In this document: piece after piece, positions 20,687 through 29,822 of the stretch
Position numbering within the stretch: the stretch's first letter is position 1
Layout of the letters: each line of letters begins with the position of its first letter
From: Candidatus Oxydemutatoraceae bacterium
GTDB taxonomy: Bacteria; Pseudomonadota; Gammaproteobacteria; Poriferisulfidales; Oxydemutatoraceae
Length of the DNA stretch: 64,000 nt
Direction: 5' to 3'
NCBI GenBank assembly: GCA_965220085.1
Contig: CBDCOZ010000002.1
Coordinates: 64,001-128,000, forward strand
Notes under the pieces: generated by a model
The model's database searches: none
Told to the model about the DNA's origin: nothing
What the model saw: only the letters and a program-made list of their open reading frames with translations
Translations under genes and position numbers: made by a program

Positions 20687-21379
20687 TCAAAGCAAACCGT
20701 TCTCCGAATCGTAGGCATAAACAAAGTCATGGCTGTTCCTCAATAATATCAATTGTTTTTTCTGAACAGTTTTCCCCGTCATTAAAAATACGCTTGCGGT
20801 TTCTTTCTCGGCAATGGTATCGCCAGCAGCTTCACGCCCCAACACATAGGGCTGTAGAAGAAAAAACACGGGAGCAAAATAGCAAAATAAGAAGAGAGGG
20901 ACATTTCGGGGTGCCCGCGGATGATTGAATGCCCAGTTAATAAAGTAGTGCCACGCTACAAAAACAAAAAGGAAAAGAAGCATCGGCGGAACTTTCCCAA
21001 AGCGATATGCCACCGTTCCCACAGCCAGCACAATCATAATGGGCAAGAAAATATCTGTCCCCCTCCAAATAAGCTTAGTGAATCGGGGGAATGGCGATCC
21101 TCGAATGAGCTCATCTTCGCTCTTGTACCCTTCTGCCCTGCGGCCAAACGCGATAAGTGTGACCGTGCCAATTATCACTATAATGAGACCCTCAACCCAT
21201 GCCAAGCTCCCCACTATGTCGGCAGACGAAATCGGAATTTCCCTAAGGGACACATCAAGCGCACTCCAAAATCCCCATTCCCAGAAAAAGGAATAACCTA
21301 GGGACAAAGCGCCAAGTAAGGCGATCCACTCAACGATGGATAGCCTCGCAAACAGTGTTGAACCGGATTTTTCCGCCAT
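20687..21379 (-). CDS. Hypothetical multi-pass membrane protein
   Basis: 230 aa, about five hydrophobic segments, GGAGG RBS, lower GC than its neighbours. Confidence 0.7.
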   Translation of the reverse strand: MAEKSGSTLFARLSIVEWIALLGALSLGYSFFWEWGFWSALDVSLREIPISSADIVGSLAWVEGLIIVIIGTVTLIAFGRRAEGYKSEDELIRGSPFPRFTKLIWRGTDIFLPIMIVLAVGTVAYRFGKVPPMLLFLFVFVAWHYFINWAFNHPRAPRNVPLFLFCYFAPVFFLLQPYVLGREAAGDTIAEKETASVFLMTGKTVQKKQLILLRNSHDFVYAYDSENGLL

Positions 21380-21456
21380 CTCGCGCCTCCCGTTACAAAA
21401 GCGCTATGGCTTTTTGATACTGCCCCGCATGGAGTGCGCATGCGGCGCGGGTTGTT

Positions 21457-22917
21457 TCATTGCTTGTTATCCTTCGGGTATGCCAGCGCCAGACAGCGCT
21501 CGGCAATCACCTTGAGCTTTTTGCTGAGGGGGTTTTTGTTGGCAGGCACGCGGGCGGCGATGATGTTTGTTAGGCCCCGCACCCCGTCTCGCGTGTACCA
21601 CACGGCGATAATAATAAGCGCAAAGCCCAGCGCCGTATCCAGCAACGCGTCTGTCCACGGCCCTTCGTTGAGGGATAGCTGAAGCAGCCAATAACCGCCC
21701 GCAACCACGATGGCGCCGACATAGCCCGCTACGAGCGCGGTGAGCGCGACCCAAGCGCAGATGTTGCCGGTATGTTTTAGTATGCGTTTGGCGTTGCTTC
21801 CTTCGTCGTAGCCGCGGAGGGCTTTTTGGCGTTGTTTTAGCTCGGCTTTGGCAGCCTCTCTGTTGTCGTAAGCCGGAGTGTATTCCGGGTCTATCTTCAG
21901 GGCCTTGCTGTAGTCTTTGATGGCGTCTTGGTATCGTTGTATCCTCGCTTTGCAGGTGCCTCTGATGTTGTAATTCGAGGCATCTTTCGGGTCGCGCTCT
22001 AGGGCTTTGTCAAAGTCTTTGATGGCCGCTCGGTATTGTTTGAGCGCGGTGTTGGCGGTGCCTCTGTTGCTGTATGTTTCGGCATCGTCCGCTCCAAGCT
22101 CTATCGCTTTGTCAAAGTCTTTGACGGCTGCTCGGTATTGTTTTAGCACGGTGTTGACGGCGCCTCTGTTGCTGTACGTCTCGGCATCGTTCGGGTCAAA
22201 CTCTATCGCTTTGTCGAAGTCTTTGATGGCCGCTCGGTATTGTCTTAGACTGATTTTGATGAGGGCTCTGTTGTTGTAAGGCGCGGCATCTTGCAGACAA
22301 AGTTCTGTGGCTTTGTCGAAGTCTTTGATGGCTTCTTGGTATTGTTTTAGCCTGCTTTTGCAGGTGCCTCGGTTGCTGTATGCCGCGGCGTATTCCGGGT
22401 TGATCTCCAGAGCCTTGTCGTAGTCTTGGAGGGCTTCTTGGTATTGCCTTGTCGCGGCTTTGACAATGCCTCTGCAGTTGTACGCCTTGGCGTATTCGGG
22501 GTTAATCTCAATGGCTTTGTCGTAGTCTTGGATGGCTTCTTCGTATTGTTTTAGCGAGGCTTTGGAGGCGCCTCTGTTGATGCAGGCTGTGGCATCCTCC
22601 GGATCAATTTCTATGGCTTTGTCGAAGTCTTTGATGGCCTCTTGGTGCTGTTCCAGATCGGCTTTGGCGAGGCCTCTGTTGTTGTAAACCACGGCATTTT
22701 CCATGTTGATTTCCAGAGCGATGCCGTAGTCTGCGACGGCCTCTTGGTATTTTTTTTGCTCGGTTTTGTCGGTGCCTTTGCTGTTGTACGCCTTGGCGTT
22801 TTTCAGATTGATCTCTATGGCTTGATCGAAGAGTCGGATGGCCTCTTGGTACTGCTCCGCACCGTAGGCTTTGTTTCCCCGTTCAAAAAGAGCGCGGCTT
22901 TTTTCGTCTTTGAACAT
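21457..22917 (-). CDS. TPR-repeat protein with C-terminal 2 TM segments
   Basis: ~10 TPRs (AY.NRG..K..L.QY..AI.D(F/Y)DKAIE), no signal peptide, two hydrophobic helices at the C-terminus. Confidence 0.9.
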   Translation of the reverse strand: MFKDEKSRALFERGNKAYGAEQYQEAIRLFDQAIEINLKNAKAYNSKGTDKTEQKKYQEAVADYGIALEINMENAVVYNNRGLAKADLEQHQEAIKDFDKAIEIDPEDATACINRGASKASLKQYEEAIQDYDKAIEINPEYAKAYNCRGIVKAATRQYQEALQDYDKALEINPEYAAAYSNRGTCKSRLKQYQEAIKDFDKATELCLQDAAPYNNRALIKISLRQYRAAIKDFDKAIEFDPNDAETYSNRGAVNTVLKQYRAAVKDFDKAIELGADDAETYSNRGTANTALKQYRAAIKDFDKALERDPKDASNYNIRGTCKARIQRYQDAIKDYSKALKIDPEYTPAYDNREAAKAELKQRQKALRGYDEGSNAKRILKHTGNICAWVALTALVAGYVGAIVVAGGYWLLQLSLNEGPWTDALLDTALGFALIIIAVWYTRDGVRGLTNIIAARVPANKNPLSKKLKVIAERCLALAYPKDNKQ

Positions 22918-23218
22918 TTGAATACCTCCTGAGGTCAGCAGGCGCTACCGGCGGCGGTCGGCGCCGCGCATTTGTAGCGCGATTAATTATGGCGGCTAAT
23001 TGTACCACCAGTAATGTGCCTGTCGGCAAGCGCATATGACGAACGGCAAAAGTGAGGGTTTATAAGCCGTAGCGCCGCAATTTGCTTGGCGGCGAGTGGC
23101 CGCGGTCGCCTGCAAAAGTGAGATGTTATAGCCCGCCGCGATCGCCCAGATTGTCCGAAAAAGCGAGGGTGTCATGACCCGTAGTCGTGCAAGATGCCTG
23201 TTGCCGAGTGCCCAGATT

Positions 23219-23370
23219 ATCCGGACATCGTGATGAAGCGCGGAACCGCTGTGCGCTTTCGTGACTCCCGCCGCTTCGGTATCGTCCTGCGGTTGTCGGG
23301 ATGAAGACTTCGCCGGCGAGCATTTGCAGTGCGCAAGTTTTTATTGTTCCCGCTGCCAGCGCTAGTGAAG
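23219..23370 (+). pseudogene. Degenerate internally deleted mutM fragment
   Basis: ggacatcgtgatgaag...cgccgcttcggta...agtttttattgttcccgctgccagcgct matches mutM 19985-20060 and 20490-20520. Confidence 0.85.
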
Positions 23371-23424
23371 GGAGCGGTATCCGAGGCAGCCCGGCGCTTC
23401 GCTTAGTCGCACAGGCGAACTCTG

Positions 23425-24366
23425 CTACTCGCTATCCGCACCCATGTTGCGGCCAAATGTTTTTGCCCATGTTATTGGACGAGAAAAGTTGCCGGGCGGC
23501 TCTTTGAATGTGCTTTGAATCAAGGCCTCCGGTATGCCACTCGGTGCGAGGAAGGGGTAAAGCGCCGGATCGCTTTTGCCCCCGCTGCGCTCATAGTGTT
23601 TGGTCACAGCCCGCTTGGAGCGGATATCCTCGCGCAGCGCCAGAGCATTAGTTTTGTCTTTGTCCGCCGAATGCGCCCAAAGATAAAACGGCACCAGTAC
23701 CAAAGTAGCCACCACGATAAAGGGAAGGATGCTGTGGGAGCCTTGGTCTTTCATCATTGCAATGCCGACCCATGTTGCCACACCGTAGAGGATTATAGAA
23801 GCAATAATCAAACATATTATAGAGTAGCGATGATACTTGGCTTTCGATTTATGGTCTTCTTCCATCTCTTCCATAATGGCATCGTAATCTGATGTTTCGC
23901 CTATGGCTTTTTCTGCGGCGCTCGGCTTGTCTTGCGACTCTCCCTCAAACTTTTGTTGTTGCTCCTTTAACTGTTCTTCATATTTTTGCGTTATTTTTTT
24001 CTGTTTGTCTTGTGTCAATAATAGTGTTTGTGCTACCGCTCTGTTGTGGATTGCATCAGAGAAACCCGGGTTAAGCTCTAGGGCCTTATCGTAGTCTTGA
24101 ATGGCTTCTCTGTATTGCTCTAACGTAACTTTGGTGGCGCCTCTGTTGTTGTAAGCATCGGCATATTCCGGGTTAAGCTCTATGGCCTTATCGTAGTCTT
24201 GGATGGCCTCTTGGTATTGTTTTAGATCAGCTTTGGCAATGCCTCTGTTGTTGTAAGCCTCGGCATCTTCCGGGTTGAGCTCTATGACCTTATCGTAGTC
24301 TTGGATGGCTTCTCGGTATTGCTTTAGCTTGGTTTCGGCACCTTTCGGGTTAGGCTCTATGGTCAT
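23425..24366 (-). pseudogene. C-terminal part of a split TPR-coiled-coil-2TM gene
   Basis: TPRs plus the family tail ADKDK..ALALREDIRSKRA, with a frameshifted end. It lacks the family start/leader, which lies at 25187. Confidence 0.7.
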
Positions 24367-24458
24367 ATCGCAGTCTTGGATGGCTTTTTAGTATTGTTTC
24401 AGAAACGCTTTGGCGGCGACTCTGTTGTTGTAAGCATCGGCATATTCCGGGTTGGGCT

Positions 24459-25187
24459 CTAGGCTAGGGCCTTATCGTAGTCTTGAATGGTTTCTCTGTA
24501 TTGCTCTAACGTAACTTTGGTGGCGCCTCTGTTGTTGTAAGCATCGGCATATTCCGGGTTAAGTTGTATGGCCTTATCGTAGTCCCGGATGGCTTCTTGG
24601 TATTGTTTTAGCCTGGCTTTGGCGACCCCTCTGCTGTTGTAAGCCTCGGCATATTTTGGGTTGAGTTGTATGGCCTTATCGTAGTCTTGGATGGCTTCTT
24701 GGTGTTGTTTTAGCTTAGTTTTGGCAAGGCCCCTGTTGGTGTAAGTTTGGGCATTGTCCGGTTCAATCTCTATGGCTTTGTCGTAGTCTCGGATGGCATC
24801 TTGGTATTGTTCTAGCGCGGCTTTGGCGACCCCTCTGTTGTTGTAAGCATCGGCAAGTTTTGGGTTAATCTCTATGGCTTTGTCGTAGTCTCGGATGGCG
24901 TCTTGGTATTGTTCTAGCGCGGCTTTGGCGTTGCCTCTGTTGTTGTAAAGATAATGGAGCAAGGTGAGTTCCGGCTTAAGCGCCAAAGCTTTGTCGTAGT
25001 CTTGGATGGCTTCTTGGTATTGTTTTAGCGCGGCTTTGGCGTCGCCCCGGACACAGTAAGCATCGACATGTTTCGAGTTGCGCGTTATGACCGCATCAAG
25101 AAGTCCTATGACTTCTTGATACTGTCCTGCCATGTAGGCGTCGCATCCTTCCTTAAAAAGATCTTGGTTTGTTTTGTCGTTGGTCAT
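24459..25187 (-). pseudogene. N-terminal part of the split TPR gene
   Basis: Family start MTNDKT with the shared leader. The last TPR (24465-24560) duplicates 24080-24180, followed by a stop and frameshifted TPR debris. Confidence 0.7.
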
Positions 25188-25371
25188 TTGAATATCCTCC
25201 TGGTTAGCAGGCGTTGCCAGTGGCAACTAGGTAATACGATAATATGGTGGCATTGTACCACCAGTAATGTGTCTGTCGGCGACCGACTATGACGAACGGC
25301 AAAAGTGAGGTGTTATAACCCGCAGCCCCGCAATTTGCTTGGCTCCGAGCGCCCATGCCGACCCGCAAAAG

Positions 25372-25555
25372 TGAGGAAGAACGGAGCCGCTGTGCGCTTT
25401 CGTGACCCGCCGTTTCGGTACCGTCCTGTGGCTGCCGGGCGACCCGTTGCGGCACAAGTTGCCGGTGCCTTGGGCCCGAACCGCCGGGCGAAGGTTTCAC
25501 CGGCGAGCATTTGCGGTGCGCAAGTTTTTATTGTTCTCGCTGCCCGCATTGATGC
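25372..25555 (+). pseudogene. Degenerate internally deleted mutM fragment
   Basis: Translates in part to RRFGTVLWLPGDPLRHKL, with the same deletion junction as the other remnants. Confidence 0.85.
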
Positions 25556-25610
25556 GCGTAGCGGTATCCGAGGCAGCCCGGCACTTCGCTTAGCCGCGCA
25601 AGCGAATCTG

Positions 25611-26392
25611 CTACTTGTTGCCGCCCTTCTTGTCCTCGCTACGGCGGTCAAGCGTTTTCGCTACTGCTTGAACAACGTTGGCGGGTTGCTCTTTGGATGT
25701 GCCTAGAATCAAGGCCGCCGTGCCGCTGTGTGTGTGGTGGTCAAATAGGCGCAGCAATGCTTGATTGCTTTCGCCCTCACTACGTTCGTAGTATGTGGTC
25801 AAAATAGTCAAAGCCCGCTTGGAGCGGGCATCCTCGCGCAGTGCCAGAGCACGAGCTTTGTCTCTGTCCGCCGACCGCACCCGAAGATAAAGCGGCACCA
25901 GCGCCAAAGTGACCACCGTGATAAAGGGAATGATACCGTAGGAATCATAGGAGTCTATCGCAAGCAACCCGCCGACATAAAATATTGCTACCGCACCATA
26001 GAAAAATTTGGATGTGCGAATCAAAACATCAAGAGATTGGGAATGATGATTATCTTTTGATTTATAGTCTGCTTCCATCTCTTTCATGATGGCATCGTAA
26101 TCCAGCGCTTCATCTATAGTTTCTTTTGTGTCTTGCAATCTGGCTTGCAGTTCTTGCTCAAACTTCTGTTTTTGTTCCTTTGGCTGCTCTTCATATTTTT
26201 GCGTTATTTTTTCTGTTTGTCTTGTGTCCATAATAGTGTTTGTGCCACCGCTCTGTTGTGGATTGCATCAGAGAAACCCGGGTTAAGCTCTAAGGCTTTA
26301 TCGTAGTCTTGGATGGCTCCTTCGTACTGCCCTGCATCGCAGGCTTTGTTTCCTCGTTCAAAAAAATCTCGGCTTGTTTTGTCGTCGGCCAT
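25611..26392 (-). pseudogene. TPR-2TM family gene, collapsed to ~1 TPR and frameshifted near 26230
   Basis: ORFs 26204-26392 (MADDKTS...) and 25611-26231 (family C-terminus ...LDRRSEDKKGGNK) are in different frames. Confidence 0.75.
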
Positions 26393-27113
26393 TTGAATAC
26401 CCTCTCAGGTTAGCAGGTGCTGCCGGCGGTCAGCGCACCCAAGGCCCGGGCGCAAGCGGCCACCCTCTCGCTCGGCGCCACCCTGTGCGCCGGCCACAGA
26501 GGCGGGCGCAGGGCTTGCGGTTGTTCCGACGCTCTGGGCGGCTTGCGCTGGCGGCGCAGTACGCGCTCGGCGCGCTCGCACTCCGTGCGCAAAGCGGTTG
26601 GCTTGCGCCTCGGATGTGTTTCTGCCGGGGTCGCGCACCGGCCTCACACGGGCGGCGCGGGGGCAAAGTTCCATCGGTCGCTTGCGACCGTTGTAACTTT
26701 GGCCGCCCGTTCATCCGGCGCTTCATGTTTGTGCCACGGAGCGCTGCGGCGCTCAACTCGAAAAGCGCCACAGCATAGACTATGAAGGTTTAAAAAGTTT
26801 CGTTATGCGGTGTCGCTCGTTGTTCGCGCGATGTTACGGGTTGCCGCTCAACTGATCGGCAAAAATAATTTTGTGTCAGTCGAATAACTCTCCGGGTTCC
26901 GTTGCTCGGGTCCGACAACAAGCTTCGCATTGCAAAAAGCGGAGCAGAGCGGCAATGCTTTCGCATGCCACTCTACTCCGGTCGATATCTGAGGAGATGT
27001 ATCGAGTCTTCTGCTCTGTCACGGTGACGAAAGTGTCAACCCACCGGACAGTTTTGTTACGCGCCAGGTGTCAGAGAAACATAGCCCCCGGTGCATAGTT
27101 GCAACTTTTTCAA

Positions 27114-27395
27114 TCACTCCCCAGATCTTGACGCTCGCATTATACGCATACTTGCCCCGCGTGTCATTGTCGACACTTTTGCCGCTTCAGCCGCTTTAGC
27201 CGGTTGCAACAGTATGCGACTAGCCTCTGCCTCGCACTGTTGCAGTTGCACATAATTCATGTCTTCGTGGCAACCGAGATACTGATACACATTGCGCTTG
27301 CCCGAATACATCGGATCCTCCCACCCAACAGCATGACTCGCAACAACAAGCGCAGGCGCAAAAGTCAGGATGATTAAAAGCGCTTTTTTGATATC
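27114..27395 (-). CDS. Small putative secreted hypothetical protein (start codon doubtful)
   Basis: KKALLIILTFAPALVVASHA signal-like stretch, but ATC where ATG is expected; its 5' end is duplicated at ~28160-28215. Confidence 0.35.
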   Translation of the reverse strand, partial: DIKKALLIILTFAPALVVASHAVGWEDPMYSGKRNVYQYLGCHEDMNYVQLQQCEAEASRILLQPAKAAEAAKVSTMTRGASMRIMRASRSGE

Positions 27396-27405
27396 AATCT
27401 CTTCC

Positions 27406-27912
27406 TTAAGCAGGTGGGGTGGCCTCACCGTTTTTGTTGTAGCCCCAGCAGACGGCCTCGCCGGAAGGTTTCAGGGCGCAGGTGTGGAAGAACCCGGCAC
27501 TGATGGATTGGAAGCGACCGGCGGGCGGTGTGGCCTGACCGAGTCCGTTGTTGCCCCAGCAGACGGCCTTGCCGGAGGGTTTCAGGGCGCAGGTGTGGTC
27601 GCGCCCGGCACTGATGGATTGGAAGCGACCGGCGGGCGGTGTGGCCATACCGGCGACGTTCACGCCCCAGCAGACGGCCTCGCCGGAGGGTTTCAGGGCG
27701 CAGGTGTGGCCGAACCCGGCACTGATGGATTGGAAGCGACCGGCGTCCGCGGCGGCCTGACCGTATTCGTTATCGCCCCAGCAGACGGCCTCGCCGGAGC
27801 GTTTCAGGGCGCAGGTGTGGACGAGCGCGGCACTGATCTGCGCATAAAAGTAATTAGCCCATGCCGGCATCGCCCACAGCAAAAGCAATATTAAAAAAAA
27901 TAATTTTTTCAT
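27406..27912 (-). CDS. Secreted RCC1/BLIP-II-like repeat protein, 4 repeats
   Basis: Signal peptide plus 37-aa repeats (F)QSISAGxxHTCALKPSGEAVCWGxNxxG; GAGGAG RBS. Confidence 0.88.
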   Translation of the reverse strand: MKKLFFLILLLLWAMPAWANYFYAQISAALVHTCALKRSGEAVCWGDNEYGQAAADAGRFQSISAGFGHTCALKPSGEAVCWGVNVAGMATPPAGRFQSISAGRDHTCALKPSGKAVCWGNNGLGQATPPAGRFQSISAGFFHTCALKPSGEAVCWGYNKNGEATPPA

Positions 27913-28216
27913 AGTTAAGTCTCCTCAAGAATCGAATGTTTAAACTTGCCAGTTCTGTCCGCTGGCATTATACACAGATTAAAGGTGCGGCTTGTGCAGA
28001 CTGCTCACAAGCCGCACAGCTCGAAGGCGCGCGCTGCTTTGCGTTGTTTGAGCGCGTCGATGTTGGGTCGTGATCATGGGGACGGCGCAGGCGTGACCTC
28101 TGTGGGTGTGCTCGGCGAAGACGAATCTCATCGCAGGGGGCCTTCTAGGAATAGGCGCAAGCGCAGGCGCAAAAGTCAGGATGATTAAAAGCGCTTTTTT
28201 GATATCAATCTCTTCC

Positions 28217-29056
28217 TTAAGAAGGTGGGGTGGCCTGACCGTATTTGTTCCCGCCCCAGCAGTCGGCCTCGCCGGAGGGTTTCAGGGCGCAGGTGTGCCA
28301 CCTGCCGGCACTGATGGATTGGAAGCGACCGGCGGGCGGTGTGGCCTGACCGTGTTTGTTGTAGCCCCAGCAGACGGCCTCGCCGGAGCGTTTCAGGGCG
28401 CAGGTGTGCTGGGCACCGGCACTGATGGATTGGAAGCGACCGGCGGGCGGGCGGGCCTCACCGTATTGGTTGTGGCCCCAGCAGACGGCCTTGCCGGAAG
28501 GTTTGAGGGCGCAGGTGTGGTCGTACCCGGCACTGATGGATTGGAAGCGACCGGCGTGCGGCCTGGCCTTGCCGTTTTCGCGGTTGCCCCAGCAGACGGC
28601 CTCGCCGGAGCGTTTCAGGGCGCAGGTGTGGTCCCTGCCGGCACTGATGGATTGGAAGCGACCGGCGGGCGGTGTGTCCCCACCGTGTAAGGACCAGCCC
28701 CAGCAGACGGCCTCGCCGGAGGGTTTCAGGGCGCAGGTGTAGAGGAGCCCGACACTGATGGATTGGAAGCGACCGGCGGGCGGGCTGGCCTGATCGAGTA
28801 CGTTGTAGCCCCAGCAGACGGCCTCGCCGGAGGGTTTCAGGGCGCAGGTGTGGTCCCAGCCGGCACTGATGGATTGGAAGCGACCGGCGTCCGCGGCGGC
28901 CTCACCGTATTCGTTGTCGCCCCAGCAGACGGCCTCGCCGGAGCGTTTCAGGGCGCAGGTGTGGCCGGACCCGGCACTGATCTGCGCATAAAAGTAATTA
29001 GCCCATGCCGGCATCGCCCCCAGCAAAAGCAACATTAAAAAAAATAATTTTTTCAT
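28217..29056 (-). CDS. Secreted RCC1/BLIP-II-like beta-propeller, 7 repeats
   Basis: Same leader and flanks as 27406-27912; seven 111-bp repeats. Confidence 0.9.
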   Translation of the reverse strand: MKKLFFLMLLLLGAMPAWANYFYAQISAGSGHTCALKRSGEAVCWGDNEYGEAAADAGRFQSISAGWDHTCALKPSGEAVCWGYNVLDQASPPAGRFQSISVGLLYTCALKPSGEAVCWGWSLHGGDTPPAGRFQSISAGRDHTCALKRSGEAVCWGNRENGKARPHAGRFQSISAGYDHTCALKPSGKAVCWGHNQYGEARPPAGRFQSISAGAQHTCALKRSGEAVCWGYNKHGQATPPAGRFQSISAGRWHTCALKPSGEADCWGGNKYGQATPPS

Positions 29057-29566
29057 AGTTAAGTCTCCTCAAGAATCGAATGTTTAAACTTGCCAGTTCT
29101 GTCCGCTGGCATTCAAAGTTTGCAATGCTACAACAGGTCGGCGCTGCCTGTCAATGAGCGCGATTAGGCGCTGCGGCGCTTAAGTTGGAAAGCGCCACAG
29201 CACAGACAGATTAAAGGTGCGGCTTGTCCAGTCTACACACAAGCCGCATAGATCGAAGGCGATTATAGATCACCCTCGCCGCCGCAACCGGTCGGCTCGC
29301 AACCGGTGCGCGTTGCTTTGTGTTGCTCGATGCTTACGACTTGGCTCGGTTGTTCGCGCCGTGTTCGGTGTCGGCCAGCGCGCTGAAGGATTCGCAATGC
29401 GTGTGGTATGGGTGACCGCGTTGCTCGAACCAAGCGCTTGGCTTGTCGTCGTGGTCGGCCTGCGCATTGTCGGCCAACTTGCGCAAGGCAATTTTTCTCT
29501 GCACTTTGTGTTGGTAGCATGGTCGCTCATTGTGCCACCTGCAATGTGCCTGCTAGAGACTACCTA

Positions 29567-29765
29567 GACCATCTGGACATCGTGATGAAGAACGGAACCG
29601 CCATGCGCTTTCGTGACCTCGCCGGTTTGGTGCCGTCCTGTGGCTGCCGGGCGACCCGTTGCGGCACAAGTTGCCGGCGCCTTGGGCCCGAACCGCCGGG
29701 CGAAGGTTTCACCGGCGAGCATTTGCGGTGCGCAAGTTTTTATTGTTCCCGTTGCCAGCACTGAT
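29567..29765 (+). pseudogene. Degenerate internally deleted mutM fragment
   Basis: DHLDIVMKNGT.MRFRD...LGPEP.G..FTG.HL joined to ASFYCSRCQ*. Confidence 0.9.
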
Positions 29766-29822
29766 GCGCATAGCGGTATCCGAGGTGGCCCGGCGCTTCG
29801 CTTAGTCGCACAGGCGAATCTG

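Noticed and set aside
26420-27100. Possible gene or structured RNA between the TPR pseudogene and the RCC1 block (also 29270-29560 and 56390-56700)
   Set aside because: Only a local hairpin (~26662-26705) and motif-less ORFs; not enough evidence to call.
27406-29056. CRISPR-like constant/variable pattern, or a complete DGR
   Set aside because: The pattern is in-frame protein coding (111 bp). No RT or template repeat lies in the window and some variable codons end in G, so a DGR is unsupported locally.
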